A stretch of DNA of 64,000 nucleotides from Eledone cirrhosa (lineage: Eukaryota), in contig OZ024763.1 in the NCBI GenBank assembly GCA_964016885.1, forward strand, positions 26,970,001 to 27,034,000, given 5' to 3'. Numbering within the stretch: the stretch's first letter is position 1; each line of letters starts with the position of its first letter. A program made the translations under genes and the position numbers. Under the pieces are notes generated by a model. That model was not told the origin of the DNA. It worked only from the letters and a program-made list of their open reading frames with translations, and ran no database searches. Below, piece by piece: positions 1-11,058 of the stretch.

Positions 1-90
1 TGTATATATATATATGTATATATATATATATGTATATATATGTATATAAATATACATGTATATATATATATATATACGTATATATACATG

Positions 91-3000
91 TCATCATTAT
101 CATCGTTTAACATCTATCTTCCACGCTAGCATGGGTTTAGACGGGAATTGTCCCACTTGAGGCAAGATTGGTTGTCTTGCTCGTATAGGACTGTCTGGCG
201 GGTTTTCTACGGCTGAATGCCCTTCCTAACACCAACCACATTTTTACAGTGTGGACTGGGAGGTTTTTACCATGTTACCTACACGGCCACATTACAAAGT
301 GGACTGTGTGTTTTTTTGTCGTGACACCTACACGACCTCATTTATTTAAGACTGGATGGTTGTGGTACCAACATAACTTTACATCGAAGGGGTGTGAAGA
401 TGGGGGTGGGGGTGTATTTTGGTTAAGAGGTGCCTACTGACTGTAGGTTTCGCTTTGTACTTAGGCAAGGCGGGTCTTCTGTATTACTGCGTAGCGCCAA
501 TGATCTCGCTCCAGTGACATTGACTTGGAGAGGTGTAAGTGTGTAACGTCGGAATTAATCAAGTCATCCCAGGTTTTTCTGGGTCTGCCTACTCCTTAGC
601 TACCATCTATTTTGATCGCCCTGCACTTTGTTATACAGCTGTCGTCTTTCATGCGCATCACGTGACCATACCAACGTAGTCTTCTCTCGAGTAAACAGCA
701 TCTGATCCCTCTTATTCCTAATTTCTCACTTAGTTCATTTATGCTTTGCCGTTCACGTATATTACTATTACACATCCAGCGGAGCATGCAAGCTTCGTTC
801 CTCTCCAGTCTGCGTATATCCTCTGCACACAATGCCCAAGTCTCACTGCCATGTAGCATTGCTGTTCGTATGCAGGCATCATACAGCCTGCCTTTCATTT
901 TTAGAGAGAACCCTTTAGTGGCCAATAGTGGTATAAGCTCTCTGAACTGTTTCCATCCCGTTCTGACTCTAGCTACTGTACTTTCAGAGCACCCTCCACC
1001 ACCGCTGATTTTGTCACCCAGGTAACGGAAGCTGTCCACTATTTCTATAGAACCATCTGGGCAATGGAATGAACTAGTATCCTGTGGGGACTTGCTACTA
1101 CTTATTGCACCTGAGCACTGGCCACATATAAAATCTATGTTCTTAGTTAACTTACTTGTGATCCCACTACATCTTTTATGCAGCCATACTTTGCATTTGG
1201 GACATAAAATGGAGTTTCTGCCTACTCCTTTCCTAAACACTGAGCATGGCCATTTCCCAGAGGGGACCAGTGCCCTATTTTCCTTCCTACATACTAGAAC
1301 TTTAGTCTTAGACAAGTTAATTTTAAGGCCTTTTGATTCTAGGCCATGCTTCCATGTTTGGAATTTCTTCTCTAGTTCAGCCATTGATTCAGCTATGAGC
1401 GTTAGATCATCTGCGCATAGAAGTTCCCATGGGCAGCCGGCCTTGAACTCCTCTGTTATAATCTCCTCTGTTATAGTCTGAAGGGCAATAATAAATAGGA
1501 GGGGGCTAAGGACAGAACCCTGATGAACACCAACTTTTACGCTAAACTCTTCACTATATTCGTTGTTAATTCTAACCTTGCTGACTGTTTCTTTATACAT
1601 GGCTTGTATAGCTCTCACAAGCCATTCATCAACACATAGTTTTCTGAGAGCCCACCAGATAATGGGGCGTGGGACTCTGTCAAAGGCTTTCTCCAAGTCA
1701 ACAAAAGCTAAGTATAGGGGTTTACTTTTAGCTAGGTACTTCTCCTGTAGTTGTCGTACAAGGAAAAGAGCATCTGTGGTACTTTTACCTGACACAAACC
1801 CGAACTGCATTTCATCTAGATCAATTCGCTCTCCGATTAGTTGCGCTATTACTTTTTCTGTGACCTTCATGACCTGGTCAATTAATTTAATGCCTCTATA
1901 GTTTCCCCTATCTAGGGCATCTCCTTTACCCTTGTAGCAGTTAATGATGATGCTGCTACGCCAGTCCTTTGGTACAACCCCATTCTGTATGACTTGGTTT
2001 ACTATCCGGGTGACCATAGTGTGTCCCACCGTTCCAGATGCTTTCAACATTTCATCTGTCGCCTTCAGCAGGTTAGCTTTCAGGAATTCCCACTGTTCCT
2101 CTATATTGTACGATTCTAATTGCTCTTCCTTACTGTCAAAAAGCATCAAGTAATATGCTTTTAAATTTATTACTGGCTGTGGGGTCCTTTAACTTTCATA
2201 TTTTTCTCCTGAGGATAGTCCTCCCCTGTCATCGAGTACGTCTCGTCCTAACTATGAGGTCACTAACGATGAGGCTATGTTGGGAGGTGCATTTTTCATG
2301 GGAGAGGGATTTAGTGTTTACAACAGACACTCTGTCACGTCTTCTGGTAAGGATATAATCTATCTGACTGGCGTGTTCCCCTGATCTATAGGTGATCAAG
2401 TGATTATCTCGTTTTTTGAAGTTTGTGTTACAGATAGTTAGGTTATTTGCGTCACAGAATTCCAGGATTCTGGAGCCTTCCTCATTTCTAGAACCAAACC
2501 CATAGCCTCCATGGATTCCGTCATAGCCGTCACAATGTTGTCCAATGTGACCATTTAGGTCACCAGCAATAATTATGTAGTCACTGTCGGTTATTTGGGC
2601 GGTAGTGAGTATTAACGACTCATAGAATCTGTCTTTTATAACGCCAGGCAGTGCGGATTGGGGTGCATACACAGATATTATTGTTACAGTTCTTCTATTT
2701 AGGACAAGTCTTATTTTAATTATTCTGTCGTTCACTCTATTTACGTCTATTATCTTATCTTCCCATTTTTCTGCTAACATGATTTTACTCCACCCAGCCC
2801 ATTGTCATTTCTCATCCAGAAAAGCTTATAGCATCGTTTTTTACCCACAATGAATCTAGCAGACCCACCCCTCCACCTGGTCTCTTGAACACAGCAAACA
2901 TCAACTTCCCTACGTTCAAGCATCTCTACAACCTCGTTAGAGCAACCTTTTAAGGTACCTACATTCATAGTACCAACTCTGAAGTTTTGGATTGCATTTG

Positions 3001-3230
3001 GTGGGTGGGAAGGATGGAGCGCAGGGAGAGGTGAGGGAGATGGGGTTATGTTAGCCATCCGCGGCCGAAATAAAGAGGAGGAGTCCTTGTATTCTCGTCC
3101 GGCAGCACGAGGTGAATTTGTCTTTATCTTTGGCATTGTCATTGAGTGTCCAGATTTTTCAGACTCTCCAGAATTCCGTAGTCCATCCATCATATCGAAA
3201 GGAAACCAGGTCTAAACTTAAGAAGTGATA
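91..3230 (-). mobile_element. RTE-clade non-LTR retrotransposon (family 1), near full length but decayed: APE endonuclease + RT with PHD finger, 3' UTR and (GAT)n tail
   Basis: ORF pieces 3193-2774 (VGTMNVGTL..CCVQETRW), 2780-2229 (SVYAP, GDLNGHIG, SQIDYIL, SQH) and 2149-596 (NYRGIKL, QFGF, FVDLEKAFD, GVHQGSVLSP, CADD, FRYLG, RRLRWYGHV). Frameshifts, premature stops and an apparent internal deletion between EN and RT. Confidence 0.93.
596..2149 (-). pseudogene. RTE reverse transcriptase ORF (catalytic YADD changed to CADD, premature stop)
   Basis: Canonical non-LTR RT motifs in the 517-aa ORF. The homologous copy at 25913-26752 reads through the position where this copy stops. Confidence 0.9.
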
Positions 3231-3529
3231 GCATAGGCCGCTGAATTATGATTGGTCCAAATAATAATGGTGGCCAGTGGGGGGAGGGATCTGGGGTAGT
3301 TAGCGAGAAGGTTATTTTATAAAATAAAATCCTAGAATTTCGGCCATAATTAGACGAGCATATAACAGTAATAAGATTAAGAGTTTAAATACAAGTAGAA
3401 GATAGTTTTCAGTGGTTTGACAGAATTATGGGATTTTAAAATACAAGAAGATTATTTTGAAGAATCAGACAGAATTATTGAATAGCATTGAAAAAGAAAA
3501 GATTGGATTCTGGACGATATGATACAGAT

Positions 3530-4086
3530 AGATATGTATATATATATATGTATATATGTGTATATCTATATCTATATATGTATGTATATATATATATCTA
3601 TATATGTATGTGTATATATATCTATATATGTATGTATATATATATCTATATATGTATATATCTATATCTATATATGTATATATCTATATCTATATATGTA
3701 TGTATATATATATCTATATATGTGTATATATATATGTATAAGGGATAACAAAATATTGTTATAGGTAATCGATATATATATGTATGTATATATATATCTA
3801 TATATGTATATATGTATATATGTATACGTGTATATCTATATCTATATATGTATGTATATATATATATCTATATATGTGTATATATATATGTATAAGGGAT
3901 AACAAAATATTGTTATAGGTAATCGATATATGTATGTATATATATATCTATATATGTATATATGTATTTATGTATACGTGTATATCTATATCTATATATG
4001 TATGTATATATATATATCTATATATGTGTATATATATATGTATAAGGGATAATAAAATATTGTTATAGGTAATCGATATATATATG
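3530..4086. repeat. (TA)n-type microsatellite containing three tandem copies of a ~40-bp island
   Basis: TAAGGGATAA(C/T)AAAATATTGTTATAGGTAATCGA at ~3739, ~3893 and ~4043, separated by TA/TC/TG repeats. Confidence 0.9.
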
Positions 4087-4300
4087 TACGTGGTCGGGTC
4101 AATAATATCTAATACTCGGTATGAAAAGAAAAAGCTAGAACATTCAAACAAATTTTATTTGAAAATACATTCAATACTAGTAAAGAAAAGTTTGTTTTAA
4201 TACGTCTTAATTTTGTTTATATTGGTTGGTGCATAAATTAAAATATGACATCAATTGAATACAGAAGTGTAATAAAATTCTACTTTCTACTTGGAAAAAC
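4087..4300 (+). mobile_element. Mariner-like transposon 5' fragment (TIR-like start and transposase N-terminus), cut off by the L1/Tx1 fragment
   Basis: TA-CGTGGTCGGGTCAATAA terminus. ATG at 4245 gives MTSIEYRSVIKFYFLLGKT, resembling the mariner N-terminal EYRxVIKF motif. Confidence 0.6.
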
Positions 4301-5648
4301 TGGGGTTCCTATCAGAAGTGGGCCGAGTGCAAATTATCCCTGAAAGGTCGAGCGGAGGTGGTGAACGCTTATATAGCGTCCGTCATCTACTACCGCTTGA
4401 CCGTCGTGCCTTGCCCAGAGAAAACACTCGCCAAAATGGAGTGCGCGCTCTTCCGATTCCTTTGGAAGAAGCGGACTCCTTTGGTGAGAAGATCCATCTG
4501 CTGTCAACACCCTTCGAACGGAGGGCTGGGGATGCTGTGGCTGACGATGCGTAGACACGCATTAAGGCTACGGCACCTCCAGGTATTCCTCACCGGTCAG
4601 CCGGTGTGGGCCCTGTTTGTGAGGCGAGCCTTTCCGAGACTCGTCTCACTCACCGAGCTGCAATCCTGGGTCAAGCAAAGACCGAGAAAAGTGGGCGACT
4701 GGCACATTAAATGTGCCCAGGCGCTCACGGCCCTCTGGCAAGCGGATCCGGCAATCAGTGGAGACTCAACCTCAACATTCTATAGAGGGTTGGTGCGCAG
4801 TAAGTGCGACGACGCTCTCGGAGAGGCTCTGGGCATGGAGGAAGACGAGCTAGCCAGTCTGTTCGGTAGGACGTTTGGCCCGGGACCGATGGACAACTTC
4901 CAAAAGTCCCTGGCTTGGCAATGTTACCGAGGAGCTCTACCCGTTCGGGACAAGCTCTACAGACACGGGCGCCCGGGTAGGGACCCCTCGAAGAAGATCT
5001 GTTCGAGATGCGTGCGTGACGAGGAAACCGTCGCGCACACATTCGTACACTGCTCGGGCGTTGCTGACCTGTGGGGCTATGTGGAACGACTACTGTCGCG
5101 GGTGGGACCAATCCGGTTGACCACCGAGAACATTGTCACGATCAAACCGCCTCTCCCTTTCAAAAACGAAGGAGAGGTGGTTTTCCTCTGTGTGATAGCT
5201 ATGGCGAAAGAGGTTGTATGGTGGACGAGGTTGAAAGGGCTGAGGTCAGACACCTTTCTCTCCGGCCAACAACTGGTCCTTTTTTTCAAGTACCACTTTA
5301 GAAGAAGGATCAGAATGGAGAGAGGTGCTCTACCCCAGCAAGTTTTATGAAAGGTGGGTGAAAGTAGCGAGAATGGCCCGAGTGAATGGGCCTTCTCTCT
5401 ATATCAGCCTGTAGGTGAGAGAGGAGAAGAATGAGAAGAGGAAGGGAGCACCTGCTCTTTGTGCTCCTGAAGAGGAGGGTTGCACATGTTTTCGGGGGTG
5501 TGCGTGACCCATGTCAACGCCCCTCCCTATTGAGGACATCGATTGTTAAATTTAATTTGTTATATGTTTTTTTACATGTCTTTTAAATGTATGTAAACTC
5601 CCCCTTTGTATTTGTCCCAATCTTTGATGCCCTGGTGGCAAATAAATA
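4300..5648 (+). mobile_element. L1/Tx1-clade LINE, 5'-truncated (ORF2 C-terminus with zf-RVT, plus 3' UTR)
   Basis: ORF 4358-5350 carries FRFLW, NGGLG, ALPVRDKL and the CCHC knuckle CSRC-x8-H-x4-C; LSLKGRAEVVN lies in frame upstream. GC-rich relative to the flanks; ends at AATAAA. Confidence 0.88.
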
Positions 5649-6057
5649 GAAATTACTCTTTCACTTATATATAACTATATATGTAAATATATATCAATAT
5701 ATACATATATATAACAATATATATATATATACACACTTATATATACATATCTCAATATATATCAATATATATATTGTTATACTTAGCCCGGGTCATGCTG
5801 CCAATAATAAACAATGCATCTGTTGGCTTTCACTACAATTTATTATCAATTTCCAGTCACTTTAATAACCAGATGGCTCTTTATTCGTGTATTGTGAAAG
5901 CTAATTTGTCACACAATCGCTGATCTAGTTACTTGACTTCCTTGGGATGAAGATTTATTGGCTGAAACATGTGTTAGTTTAAAAGTATATTAACTCTTTG
6001 TTGTTTCTTATTCTTTTTATATCACCACTGAATGAACCCTATTACATCGATTTTTAA

Positions 6058-6683
6058 CCCTTTAGCATTTAAACTGGCTATATCTGGCCACAGTTCTGTC
6101 ACTTCTTTCTGTTCAAACTGGCCATAACTGGCCATAACTGGCCTCCCATAATATCAAGGATAAGGTTTTGTTCTCAAAATAAATATCAAGGTTTCATAGA
6201 TTTGATATTTTGTGAGATATTATGTACGATAAAGCCTTTACCACAAAAACCACAATAGTATATGGAGGCACATGGCTTAGTGGTTAGAGCATTGAGCTTG
6301 CAATCGAAAGGTTGTAAGTTCAATTCTCAGACCGGGTGATGTGTTGTATCCTTGAGCAAGACACTTTATTTCACATTGCTCCAGTTTACTCAGCTGTAGA
6401 AATGAGATGATAGGACTGGGTCCCTATTATTCCACTGCAAAATGGTCGTGGAGGTGCCACGGCAAAAAAGCACCCAGCCCACACTGTAAAGTGGACGTGA
6501 AGGCGCCACGGCAAAAAAGTACTCACTGTGAATGAGGTTGGTGTTAGGAAGGGCATCCAGCTGTAGAAATCGAGCCAGAATCAGTTCCCGTCCCACCCTT
6601 GCAAGCAGGGAAAAGCGGACGTAAAATGATGATGATGATATATAGAGTAATATTATATATAGAGTAATGTAAATGCTAAAGGG
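6058..6683. mobile_element. piggyBac-type non-autonomous element (MITE) with a nested SINE
   Basis: 14-bp TIR CCCTTTAGCATTTA / TAAATGCTAAAGGG flanked by TTAA at 6054-6057 and 6684-6687. A related left end occurs at ~57067. Confidence 0.8.
6264..6640 (+). mobile_element. tRNA-derived SINE family A (CORE-like centre, RTE-derived tail)
   Basis: A box TGGCTTAGTGG, B box AGTTCAATTC, central CCTTGAGCAAGACACTT, tail CCCACCCTTGCAAGCAGG..(GAT)n shared with RTE 3' ends. Confidence 0.85.
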
Positions 6684-6748
6684 TTAAACCCTCTGGTAAA
6701 GTTTATACCCAATAATAGCAATGTTGTTGTTATTATTAATATTATATA

Positions 6749-6940
6749 AAGGGCGGTGGATTGGCAGTATCGGTAGGGGGTCGGACGCCATGCTTTCCAG
6801 CATAGTTAAGTCCCTTTACGATCTGAGTTCAAATCCCGCCGAGGTTGACTTTGCCTTTCATACTTACGGGGTCGATAAAATAAAGTACCAGTAATGCACT
6901 GGGTAATTGCTGGCCTTGTGCTTAAAGTAGAAACAATTAT
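6749..6940 (+). mobile_element. tRNA-derived SINE family B
   Basis: B box GAGTTCAAATCC, conserved centre GACTTTGCCTTTCAT..GGGGTCGATAAAATAAAGTACC, (ATT)n tail. At least seven copies in the window. Confidence 0.85.
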
Positions 6941-7063
6941 TAATATTATATATATATATTTCCAAGTGATGTCAACACAAATGGACCTGTTATTTTTCTC
7001 TAAAAGAATTTTTTTATGATGCCGACCTGCCCGCTCCTTCAATCTTCCTAATTTCTCATTCTT

Positions 7064-7099
7064 TCTTCTGATGAAGGACTAGCGTCCGAAACGTTAAGA
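7064..7099 (+). ncRNA. Minimal type-I hammerhead ribozyme (Penelope-like)
   Basis: TCTT-CTGATGA-A-GGAC-TAGC-GTCC-GAAA-CG-TT-AAGA: intact core, stems I and II, palindromic minimal stem III. Confidence 0.8.
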
Positions 7100-7183
7100 C
7101 CCTCTTCCTGCTATTTCAAGCGTTGACCTGATATATTCCTTCCATATACTGTACCAATTGTGTTGTTATTTCTGTTTACTTTT

Positions 7184-7217
<34 letters not shown>

Positions 7218-7221
<4 letters not shown>

Positions 7222-7410
7222 AGGGTATAAGTATTGTAGGAGCGGAGGAGACAGAGTTTTATATATAGAATAGGGTATAAGTATTGTAGGAGCGGAGGAG
7301 ACAGAGTTATATATATAGAATAGGGTATAAGTATTGTAGGAGCGGAGGAGACAGAGTTATATATATAGAATAGGGTATAAGTATTGTAGGAGCGGAGGAG
7401 ACAGAGTTAT
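7218..7410. repeat. 50-bp tandem repeat, 4 copies
   Basis: GAATAGGGTATAAGTATTGTAGGAGCGGAGGAGACAGAGTT+TA starting at 7218, 7268, 7318 and 7368. Confidence 0.95.
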
Positions 7411-7520
7411 ATAAAGATCTTGTTTTAATGGCTTGTAACTCCTTCAGTCATTCATTTGCATATCATCATCTTCGTTTAACGTCCATCTTCCACGCTATAT
7501 ATATATATATATATATATAT

Positions 7521-8016
7521 AAAAGTAAGTCCTTCATCAGTGACCCTCCAACCGTCCCAGGCATTTCATCGCTTTAAGGGCCATATGCCTCAGGTTGGTG
7601 CGAACAACGGCTAAAAAAAGTCGTTGGGACACGTAAACAAAGGGGACGCCAGGGTAACAAACAAAAAGGTTTAAGCAACGGAAAGTGAGAAGAAAGAGAC
7701 AAGTGAGAAGAAATAGACAAGTCCCCGTTAGACCTGTGCGAAATTCTTTCCTTGCTCACATTTCAACCAGGTTTGATGGTCTTTTGTCTCTTGTTCACGA
7801 TTTCACCGAGTTTATATTCATAGAGATCTGGGACTTGTCTATTTCTTCTCACTTTCCGTTGCTTAAACCTTTTTGTTTGTTACCCTGGCGTCCCCTTTGT
7901 TTACGTGTCCCAACGACTTTTTTTAGCCGTTGTTCGCACCAACCTGAGGCATATGGCCCTTAAAGCGATGACATGCCTGGGACGGTTGGAGGGTCACTGA
8001 TGAAGGACTTACTTTT
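7521..8016. repeat. ~190-bp inverted repeat with ~105-bp spacer; outer ends carry a truncated hammerhead 5' half (CTGATGAAGGAC)
   Basis: 7521-7725 is the reverse complement of 7830-8016, with few differences. Confidence 0.9.
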
Positions 8017-8151
8017 TCATATGCACCACCATTTGCAACGCGCATATATATATATATTTTGAGTTTATGTTGGTTGTATACCAACACCTCAGTATGCAGG
8101 CTGGAGCACTCGACGAAGTGCACAGGTTGGTTTGGTTACTCCAGAGTAATG

Positions 8152-8607
8152 TAAAATAAAGTTAAATAAAAAGTCAAATGATTAAAATTTAGCTTCATTT
8201 ATTACTGCTATATATATTTCAGTGACAGCCATCTTTGGCTGTGACCTATTCAGGCAGTTTGAATTAGTGTGGTATAGACAAGTACATATGTTGTTGAGGT
8301 GTATAATATTGTCAATACTCTGATATGCCCAGATCCTGGTTGGGTTGTTATTTCACTGAGGAACTGGAATCATATATGATTCCAGTTGATTCCAGTTCCT
8401 CAGTGAAATAACAACCCAACCAGGAACTGGGCATATCAGAGTATTGACAAAATTATACACCTCAACAACATATGTACTTGTCTATACCACACTAATTCAA
8501 ACTGCCTGAATAGGTCACAGCCAAAGATGGCTGTCACTGAAATATATATAGCAGTAATAAATGAAGCTAAATTTTAATCATTTGACTTTTTATTTAACTT
8601 TATTTTA
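8152..8607. repeat. ~455-bp near-perfect palindrome with a hammerhead-like motif in each arm
   Basis: Arms fold about 8370-8390. The motif lies at 8501-8555 (+) and 8204-8258 (-). Confidence 0.92.
8501..8555 (+). ncRNA. Type-I hammerhead-like motif with variant core (CTGAATA)
   Basis: ACTGC-CTGAATA-[ACAGCCA/TGGCTGT stem II]-GAAA-TATATA-TA-GCAGT, followed by AATAAA. Confidence 0.65.
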
Positions 8608-8660
8608 TATATATGTATATATATATTGGAAAATGTGTGAAATCCTTGGTACAGTTAGGT

Positions 8661-8820
8661 ATATTTAAAAAAAGGAAAAGAATGACTTCACATCTAGTTC
8701 TAAACAATTTAATTTAATTTTATAATATGATTTGGTAGATCTACCAAATCATAATATTATAAAATTAAATTAAATTGTTTAGAACTAGATGTGAAGTCAT
8801 TCTTTTCCTTTTTGTAAATA
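8661..8820. repeat. ~160-bp palindrome centred on GGTAGATCTACC
   Basis: Arms are reverse complementary. A related rearranged copy lies at ~35430-35533. Confidence 0.88.
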
Positions 8821-8825
8821 TATCT

Positions 8826-9172
8826 ATCATCATCATCATCATCATCATTTTTACGTCCGCTTTTCCCTGCTTGCAAGGGTGGGACGGGAACTGATTCTGG
8901 CTTGATTTCTACAGCTGGATGCCCTTCCTAACACCAACCTCATTTACAGTGAGTGCTGGGTGCTTTTTTGCCGTGGCACCTCCACGACCACTTTACAGTG
9001 GAATGATATGGACCCCAGTCCCTATCATCTCATTTTTACAGCTGAGTAAACTGGAGCAATGTGAAATAAAGTGTCTTGCTCAAGGAAACAACACATCACC
9101 CGGTCTGAGAATTGAACTCACAACCTTTCGATTGCAAGGCCAATGCTCTAACCAGTAAGCCATGTGCCTCCA
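8826..9172 (-). mobile_element. SINE family A
   Basis: Reverse complement of the 6264-6640 copy, with (CAT)n tail. Confidence 0.85.
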
Positions 9173-9227
9173 ATGCCAATCTCATTTACAGTGAGTACTG
9201 GGTGCTTTTTTTCATTACACCTATATA

Positions 9228-9277
<50 letters not shown>

Positions 9278-9444
9278 CACACACATATATAGCACCCAGT
9301 ACTCACTGTAAATGAGATTGGCATTAGGAAGGGCATCCAACTGTAGAAACCAAGCCAAAATCAGTTCTGTATGAGCGAGGCATGGTTATCTAAGCCATGC
9401 TAGCATGGAAAAATGGTTGTAAAACGGTGATGATACATCATTTC

Positions 9445-9776
9445 ATCATTTCATTTTACGTCCACTTTTCCCTGCTTGCAAGGGTGGGACGGGAACTGAT
9501 TCTGGCTTTATTTCTACAGCTGGATGCCCTTCCTAACACCAACCTCATTTACAGTGAGTGCTGGGTGCTTTTTCTTCCGTGATGCCTACACGTCCACTTT
9601 GCAGTGGAATGATATGGACCCCAGTCCCTATCATCTCATTTCTACAGCTGAGTAAAGTGGAGCAATGTGAAATAAAGTGTCTTGCTCAAGGAAACAACAC
9701 ATCTCCCGGTCTGAGAATTGAACTCACAACCTTTCGATTGCAAGGCCAATGCTCTAACCACTAAGCCATGTGCCTC
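9445..9776 (-). mobile_element. SINE family A
   Basis: Closely similar to 8826-9172. Confidence 0.85.
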
Positions 9777-9794
9777 GATGATATATATATATAT

Positions 9795-9962
9795 ATGGGT
9801 GGAGGTGGTGAGAGCAGACCTCAGATTGCTGAAGCTCACGGAGTAGATGACGAAGGGCTGTGACAAGTGGAGGGATGCTGTGCTGAATAGGACCTGATGG
9901 ACCCTTGCAAGTAGGGAAAAACGGACGTCAAATGATGATGATGATGATGATGATGATGATAG
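9795..9962 (+). mobile_element. RTE LINE extreme 3' end with (GAT)n tail
   Basis: Matches 56160-56290 (VVRADLR..LKLT). Confidence 0.75.
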
Positions 9963-10023
9963 ATATATGTGTGATATTTGTAAATCAAACTTAACCTGCA
10001 GTATAGCAAATACTATTCGATTC

Positions 10024-10092
<69 letters not shown>

Positions 10093-10175
10093 AGGCAGCA
10101 GCTGTGTGTATGTGTACCCCCACCCACCCATATTTGTAAGGTATTCAGAAGTATTGATATGGAATCTGCTACAGG

Positions 10176-10893
10176 ATGGTGATGGTGATGGTGGTGGTCG
10201 TAATCATGATGGTGATGGTGATGGTGATGGTCGTGATGATGGTGATGGTGAATCATGATGGTGGTGATGGTGATGGTGATGGTGGTGATGGTGATGATGG
10301 TGATGGTGATGGTCGTGATGATGGTGATGGTGAATCATGATGGTGGTGATGGTGATGGTGATGGTGATGATGGTGATGGTGATGGTCGTGATGATGGTGA
10401 TGGTGAATCATGATGGTGGTGATGGTGATGGTGATGGTGGTGATGGTGATGGTGATGATGGTGATGGTGATCGTGATAGTGATGGTGATCATGATGATGA
10501 TGATGATGGTTGTGAAGATGATGGTGATGGTGAATCATGATGGTGATGGTGATGGTGAGCACGACGATGGTGATGGTGATGGTGGTGATGGTCATGGGGA
10601 TCGTGATAGTGATCGTGATGATGGTGATGGTTGTGATGATGATGGTGATGGTGAATCATGATGGTGCTGATGGTGGTGGTGGTGGTGATGGTGATCATGA
10701 TGGTGGTGATGGTGATGATGATGATGGTGATCATGATGATGATGATGGTGATGGTGACGATGGTGACGATGGTGGTGGTGACGATGTTAAATGGTGATGA
10801 TGGTGATGGTGATGATGATGATGGTGATGGTGATGATAGTGATGGTGATGATAGTGATGATGGTGATGATGGTGGTGATGGTGATGGTGATGA
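10176..10893. repeat. Degenerate (GAT/GGT)n and (GATGGT)n simple repeat
   Basis: Direct inspection. Recurrent GGTGAATCATGAT marks higher-order units. Confidence 0.95.
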
Positions 10894-11058
10894 TTTAGGA
10901 GATATTAATAGAGTGCAAATATTTACTAACAGATCCAAACACTATCAATTGTACAGATGTCACATAATTATCATTGATTGAAGTCTTAGTGGGACTGGCT
11001 CACTAAATTGTTATAATTGGTTAATTCCTTTCTAGAATTTGTCATGGTGTGTTGGCCC

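Noticed and set aside
741-2358. Plus-strand ORFs overlapping the RTE
   Set aside because: Antisense shadows of the retrotransposon ORF.
5935-5980. Hammerhead-like GGATGAAG..GAAACATGT, and CTGAAGA..GAAAG at 35236-35290
   Set aside because: Core or stems too degenerate to support a call.
10023-10981. His-rich and Asp/Gly-rich ORFs
   Set aside because: Translations of a GAT/GGT simple repeat, open in several frames on both strands.
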